Assembly (NCBI GenBank): GCA_964658305.1
Contig: OZ210884.1
Coordinates: 558,001 to 622,000, forward strand
Direction: 5' to 3'
Source of the DNA: Leptogorgia sarmentosa
Taxonomy: Eukaryota
Length of the DNA stretch: 64,000 nt
Shown: positions 62,981-64,000 of the stretch, piece by piece
Position numbering within the stretch: position 1 is the stretch's first letter
Layout: each line of letters opens with the position of its first letter
Translations under genes and position numbers: made by a program
The notes under the pieces: generated by a model
The model's input: the letters and a program-made list of their open reading frames with translations, nothing else
Databases searched by the model: none
What the model was told of the DNA's origin: nothing

Positions 62981-63187
62981 ATCGACCGTTTTGGAAGGCA
63001 ACGACCGTTTACGAAAGGGAAAATTGCAGCGCCGCTGGTATAGTTCAAATTATACTTCACACTCTCCGGTCGAAATGTATGGAATACTTACGGTAGATTG
63101 CAAAGCAACAAGTACAGGTAACGAACAACTAGCGTGCTTCGCGAATAACAGAATAACAGAGGAACAAATAAGAACTTTATTGTCTTT

Positions 63188-63673
63188 TTACGTGGACAAA
63201 ACAGTTGTCCCAAACGAAACAGGAAGTGATGGGTTGTAGTAAAACTTAGTAAATGTGGATTCGTTCGTCCAATCGGCCATGGACAATATTGTTCCAATAC
63301 CCATGCCGGCGCGCCTTGCTGCTGATGTCGAGGCTCCTCGGACGGAGTGCCCTTTGAATATGTCCTCAATCCCCGCGAGGGCAATAATTTCTTTGAGCCA
63401 GCGAGAAAGTGTAGCTGATGTAACGGGCTTGTGAGGTTTCTTGAGTGCCAGGAAGAGTCTCTGTTGCATGTTGTCGGTTGAAGGACGCCATATTTTCGTT
63501 TTCTCTAAGTAGGTCGATAAACATTTAACCGGACAAAGATGAGCATCCTGAGAGAATTTTGGGTAGACGGACTCGCCCAGAGATCCATTATGTGACCGCT
63601 TACGGTAGGTTGTGTGGAGGAACTTGGTACCTTCTGGGTATTGACGCATGTACCTGACGTCCAATGTAGCCAT
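63188..63673 (-). pseudogene. DIRS-type tyrosine recombinase C-terminal fragment
   Basis: LCPVKCL..Y, LFLA..KPHKPV...TLSRW, GHSVRGASTS, WTNESTFTKFY. The 5' part is cut by a TA|CAGGGTG Tc1-like element at ~63678. Confidence 0.8.
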
Positions 63674-63677
63674 TATA

Positions 63678-64000
63678 CAGGGTGTATCAAAAAAAAGTTT
63701 ACTCGCGAAAAATGTCTTTTAGGCCGAAGCGCACGCACCCCATTGCAAACCATTGGTACATCTAAGTAGTTTGAGCCCTTCGGATACATCCTACACTAAA
63801 AGTTTGCAGAAAACGACCATTTTACGACTACGAAAAGTGTTATAAAAAGCCGTAGTAAAAATGGCTTGCGCGAAAAAATGTGAGGCGAAAAATGAAATTT
63901 GATTTGACAGCCTAAATCTATCGAACAAGTTTCATAAGTTATTCAAGTTTTGAGAAATTTGGTGCACGCTGAGACGAACGTGCGATGTCCGAAAACTGGA
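63678..64000. mobile_element. Tc1/mariner-like element end (runs off the window)
   Basis: TA|CAGGGTGTATCAAAAAAAAG terminus, similar to the other Tc1-type ends in the window. Confidence 0.5.

Larger units (their letters stand above)
61715..63035. mobile_element. Palindromic MITE hosting two nested insertions
   Basis: Inverted ends TTTTCCCTTTCGTAAACGGTCGTTGCCTTCC / GGAAGGCAACGACCGTTTACGAAAGGGAAAA. Confidence 0.6.

Overview
AT-rich, repeat-dense animal genomic DNA with spliceosomal introns. The repeat landscape resembles anthozoan cnidarians, but that is an inference. Host genes are two tandem, same-strand, intact ELOVL4-like fatty-acid elongases (CDS 15529-32001 and 50999-59917), each with 7 coding exons of identical sizes and 287 aa. 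Most of the rest is transposon-derived: a very young BEL/Pao LTR element (41285-47961); a decayed CR1/L2-group LINE with nested MITEs; CACTA, Harbinger, Tc1/mariner, hAT, Mutator, P-like, Kolobok and AcademH-like non-autonomous elements; Penelope and DIRS fragments; and an antisense ETS-domain fragment in an ELOVL intron. The most striking unexplained structure is a set of small Polinton/Maverick-derived elements with AGT termini and, in two cases, 6-bp TSDs. One is a ~2.5-kb unit whose only gene reconstructs as a C2H2 zinc finger fused to a packaging ATPase, next to a GATATC array. Another is a 1.5-kb unit with one zinc-finger ORF, and a third is a 437-bp TIR-only element. They are candidate satellite or defective parasites of Polinton viruses. 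All calls were made by eye; no database searches were run.
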